The translations under genes and the position numbers were made by a program. Of a stretch of 64,000 nucleotides of DNA, positions 63,301 to 64,000 are shown one piece after another; position 1 is the stretch's first letter, and every line of letters begins with the position of its first letter. This stretch comes from Chrysemys picta bellii (taxonomy: Eukaryota): positions 32,550,001-32,614,000 of the forward strand of contig NC_088797.1 in the NCBI RefSeq assembly GCF_011386835.1. Reading direction: 5' to 3'. The notes beneath the pieces were generated by a model. The model saw only the letters and a program-made list of their open reading frames with translations. It was not told where the DNA came from and searched no databases.

Positions 63301-63797
63301 TCTCTCCCATAGTTCTGATGAGACATGAAGCCAAATCTCTCTCCCCCGCCCCCCACCAGGGTATTCAGCTGCCCTGACAATTTGCACAGAGATTTGGATA
63401 TTAACCAGGGTATCCCAGCCAAATCCCAAACCACTTCATGGGCCTAAATTGCTCCCTGCCTGGCAGTTTCAATCAGACACAGGATCATCCCACATGTCAT
63501 ATCTTCAAATGCTGTCCAACATTGTTGTGCAGATGTTAAACAGCCCCCATATCCCACCCCAGAGGTGGCTGCATCTCAGCGCTGGGGGACCAGGAGTCCT
63601 GATTCCCAGCCTCCAAGCACTAGGCCATTCTTCCCCTGACCATCTAGTCTTGCTGTCCTGAGCCCTTTGCTGTCTCCCTCCCCCCGCAGGCTCAGAGCAT
63701 GGCAGCTGAGAAACAAACCCTGAACCAGCACATTACTGAGCTGCTCGAGAGGCTTATTAGTGCCCAGAACACCATCTGCACGCTGGAGAGACTCAAC
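51383..63797 (+). CDS. Uncharacterised BEGAIN/TJAP1-family coiled-coil protein; 3' part runs off the window
   Basis: Exons 51383-52822 (480 codons; ACCATGG Kozak, in-frame TAA at 51374), 53801-53838, 61813-61941, 62960-63026, 63690-63797. All GT-AG with consistent phases 0/2/2/0/0; 594 codons in the window. Spliced C-terminal part QQDLQQTWEELELLKEKFSRLQEDYSNTQRTNQLLEEKLHLIAQSMAAEKQTLNQHITELLERLISAQNTICTLERLN parallels TJAP1 (recalled: SREELDKFKDKFRRLQNSYTASQRTNQELEDKLHTL...RKTLDWEIVELTNKLLDAKNTINKLEELN). Confidence 0.85.
52880..53490. repeat. Degenerate C-rich tandem repeat (CTGCAGCCCCAACAGAT core)
   Basis: The core recurs about 10 times just after the 52822 donor. Confidence 0.75.
53900..54428 (+). 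mobile_element. CR1 3' fragment
   Basis: ARPQLG...SRLGPALYER remnants; tail GGTCCCTTCCAGCCCTACACTTCTGATTCTATG. Confidence 0.85.
54570..55280. repeat. 67-bp minisatellite, about 11 copies
   Basis: CAGAACAGCCAGAGCGCA at 54643, 54710, 54777 and onward; later units are more diverged. Confidence 0.92.
55379..55965 (-). repeat. ERV 3' LTR (587 bp)
   Basis: Preceded on the minus strand by the PPT CTCAAAGGAGGGAGT; polyA signal at 55481-55476. Confidence 0.95.
55986..56981 (-). pseudogene. env: ERV env (gamma-type), SU largely deleted, TM frameshifted
   Basis: Signal-like MSSGPGSATVVLFAIGTLL; C*VC (broken CWVC); LQNRQALYYVL immunosuppressive domain; CALIGNECC (CX6CC) after a 1-nt frameshift near 56380; hydrophobic anchor LVRLLLTGVVLCLVTLLLIACF. 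Confidence 0.88.
57190..58190 (-). pseudogene. pol: ERV integrase with an internal stop and a terminal frameshift
   Basis: CLVC, WQIDF, ESDNGTHF, VERTN (D-D-E intact), WKGPHTVLL; TGA at 57776-57774 replaces Trp in HTP-W-RPQASG. Confidence 0.9.
58960..59607 (-). pseudogene. pol: ERV protease fused in frame to a partial RT
   Basis: FLIDSGA and LLGRDLL protease motifs, then a jump to WTVLAQGFKNSPTLF...LLQYVDDLL. The RT N-terminal half, connection domain and RNase H are absent. In frame with gag across the TAG. Confidence 0.9.
59608..60567 (-). pseudogene. gag: ERV gag (matrix, PPPY late domain, truncated capsid, one CCHC knuckle), disrupted
   Basis: (ACG)GQGQS-MAGRARCTPLECILVNW...WPQYQL...GSLNYNTILQL; TPPPYK; frameshift near 60105; most of CA deleted near 59840; CARCRKEGHWKNEC; TAG at 59610-59608. 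Confidence 0.9.
60897..60914 (-). other. ERV primer-binding site for tRNA-Lys1,2
   Basis: TGGCGCCCAACGTGGGGC, 4 nt after the 5' LTR; this is the canonical 18-nt Lys1,2 PBS. Confidence 0.9.
60919..61503 (-). repeat. ERV 5' LTR (585 bp)
   Basis: TG...CA ends; TATAAAAG and AATAAA on the minus strand; identical by eye to the 3' LTR except the poly-C run (11 vs 13). Confidence 0.95.
62590..62770 (+). mobile_element. 5S rRNA-derived SINE (AmnSINE1-like)
   Basis: GATCTTGCAAGCTAAGCAG...TAATACTTGGACGGGAAACCTCC resembles the 5S internal promoter (GATCTCGGAAGCTAAGCAGG...TAGTACTTGGATGGGAGACC), then diverges into SINE body. Confidence 0.6.
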
Positions 63798-64000
63798 GTG
63801 AGCTCAGGGGTGGGGGAGGCGGGCGGCCTGGGGAGCACAGACTGGGGGAGCACGGGGAGGGTTCCTGGCAGTGGGGGTGGCGTGTGGGCTATGGGGGGAG
63901 GGGGCAGGCAGAAGTGGTGCTGGGAAGGAGTGGGAAATGCTTCCATCTGTGGAGTCAAAAATCCAGTACCAAGGAAATGTTGCTAGATTCCGGAGCCAGT

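Overview
Vertebrate genomic DNA, most likely a turtle. The species call is an inference from the repeat families (CR1, hAT/Harbinger MITEs, DIRS, Gmr1-like Gypsy, Penelope, AmnSINE1) and an intact CatSper subunit gene. The left 39 kb is the block syntenic with human 11q13: VPS51 (-, 10 exons), TMEM262/CATSPERH (+, 3 exons), ZFPL1 (-, 7 coding exons) and CDCA5/sororin (+, 7 coding exons, head-to-head with ZFPL1). All exon boundaries were read by eye from GT-AG sites and frame continuity. From 51383 to past the window end lies a plus-strand gene I cannot name: a large disordered first coding exon spliced to small exons that match the BEGAIN/TJAP1 coiled coil. Its second intron holds a very young 6.1-kb class I endogenous retrovirus with essentially identical LTRs, a 4-bp TSD and a tRNA-Lys1,2 PBS, yet its interior is deleted, nonsense-mutated and chimeric. 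Other highlights: a TATA+Inr+perfect-donor first exon of an unexplained minus-strand transcript, a Penelope insertion forming a perfect 91-bp hairpin with two hammerhead-like motifs, a CRE cluster upstream of TMEM262, and a CDE/CHR element in the CDCA5 promoter. No prokaryotic features, CRISPR arrays, tRNA or rRNA genes were seen. No searches were run, so family assignments rest on recalled motifs.
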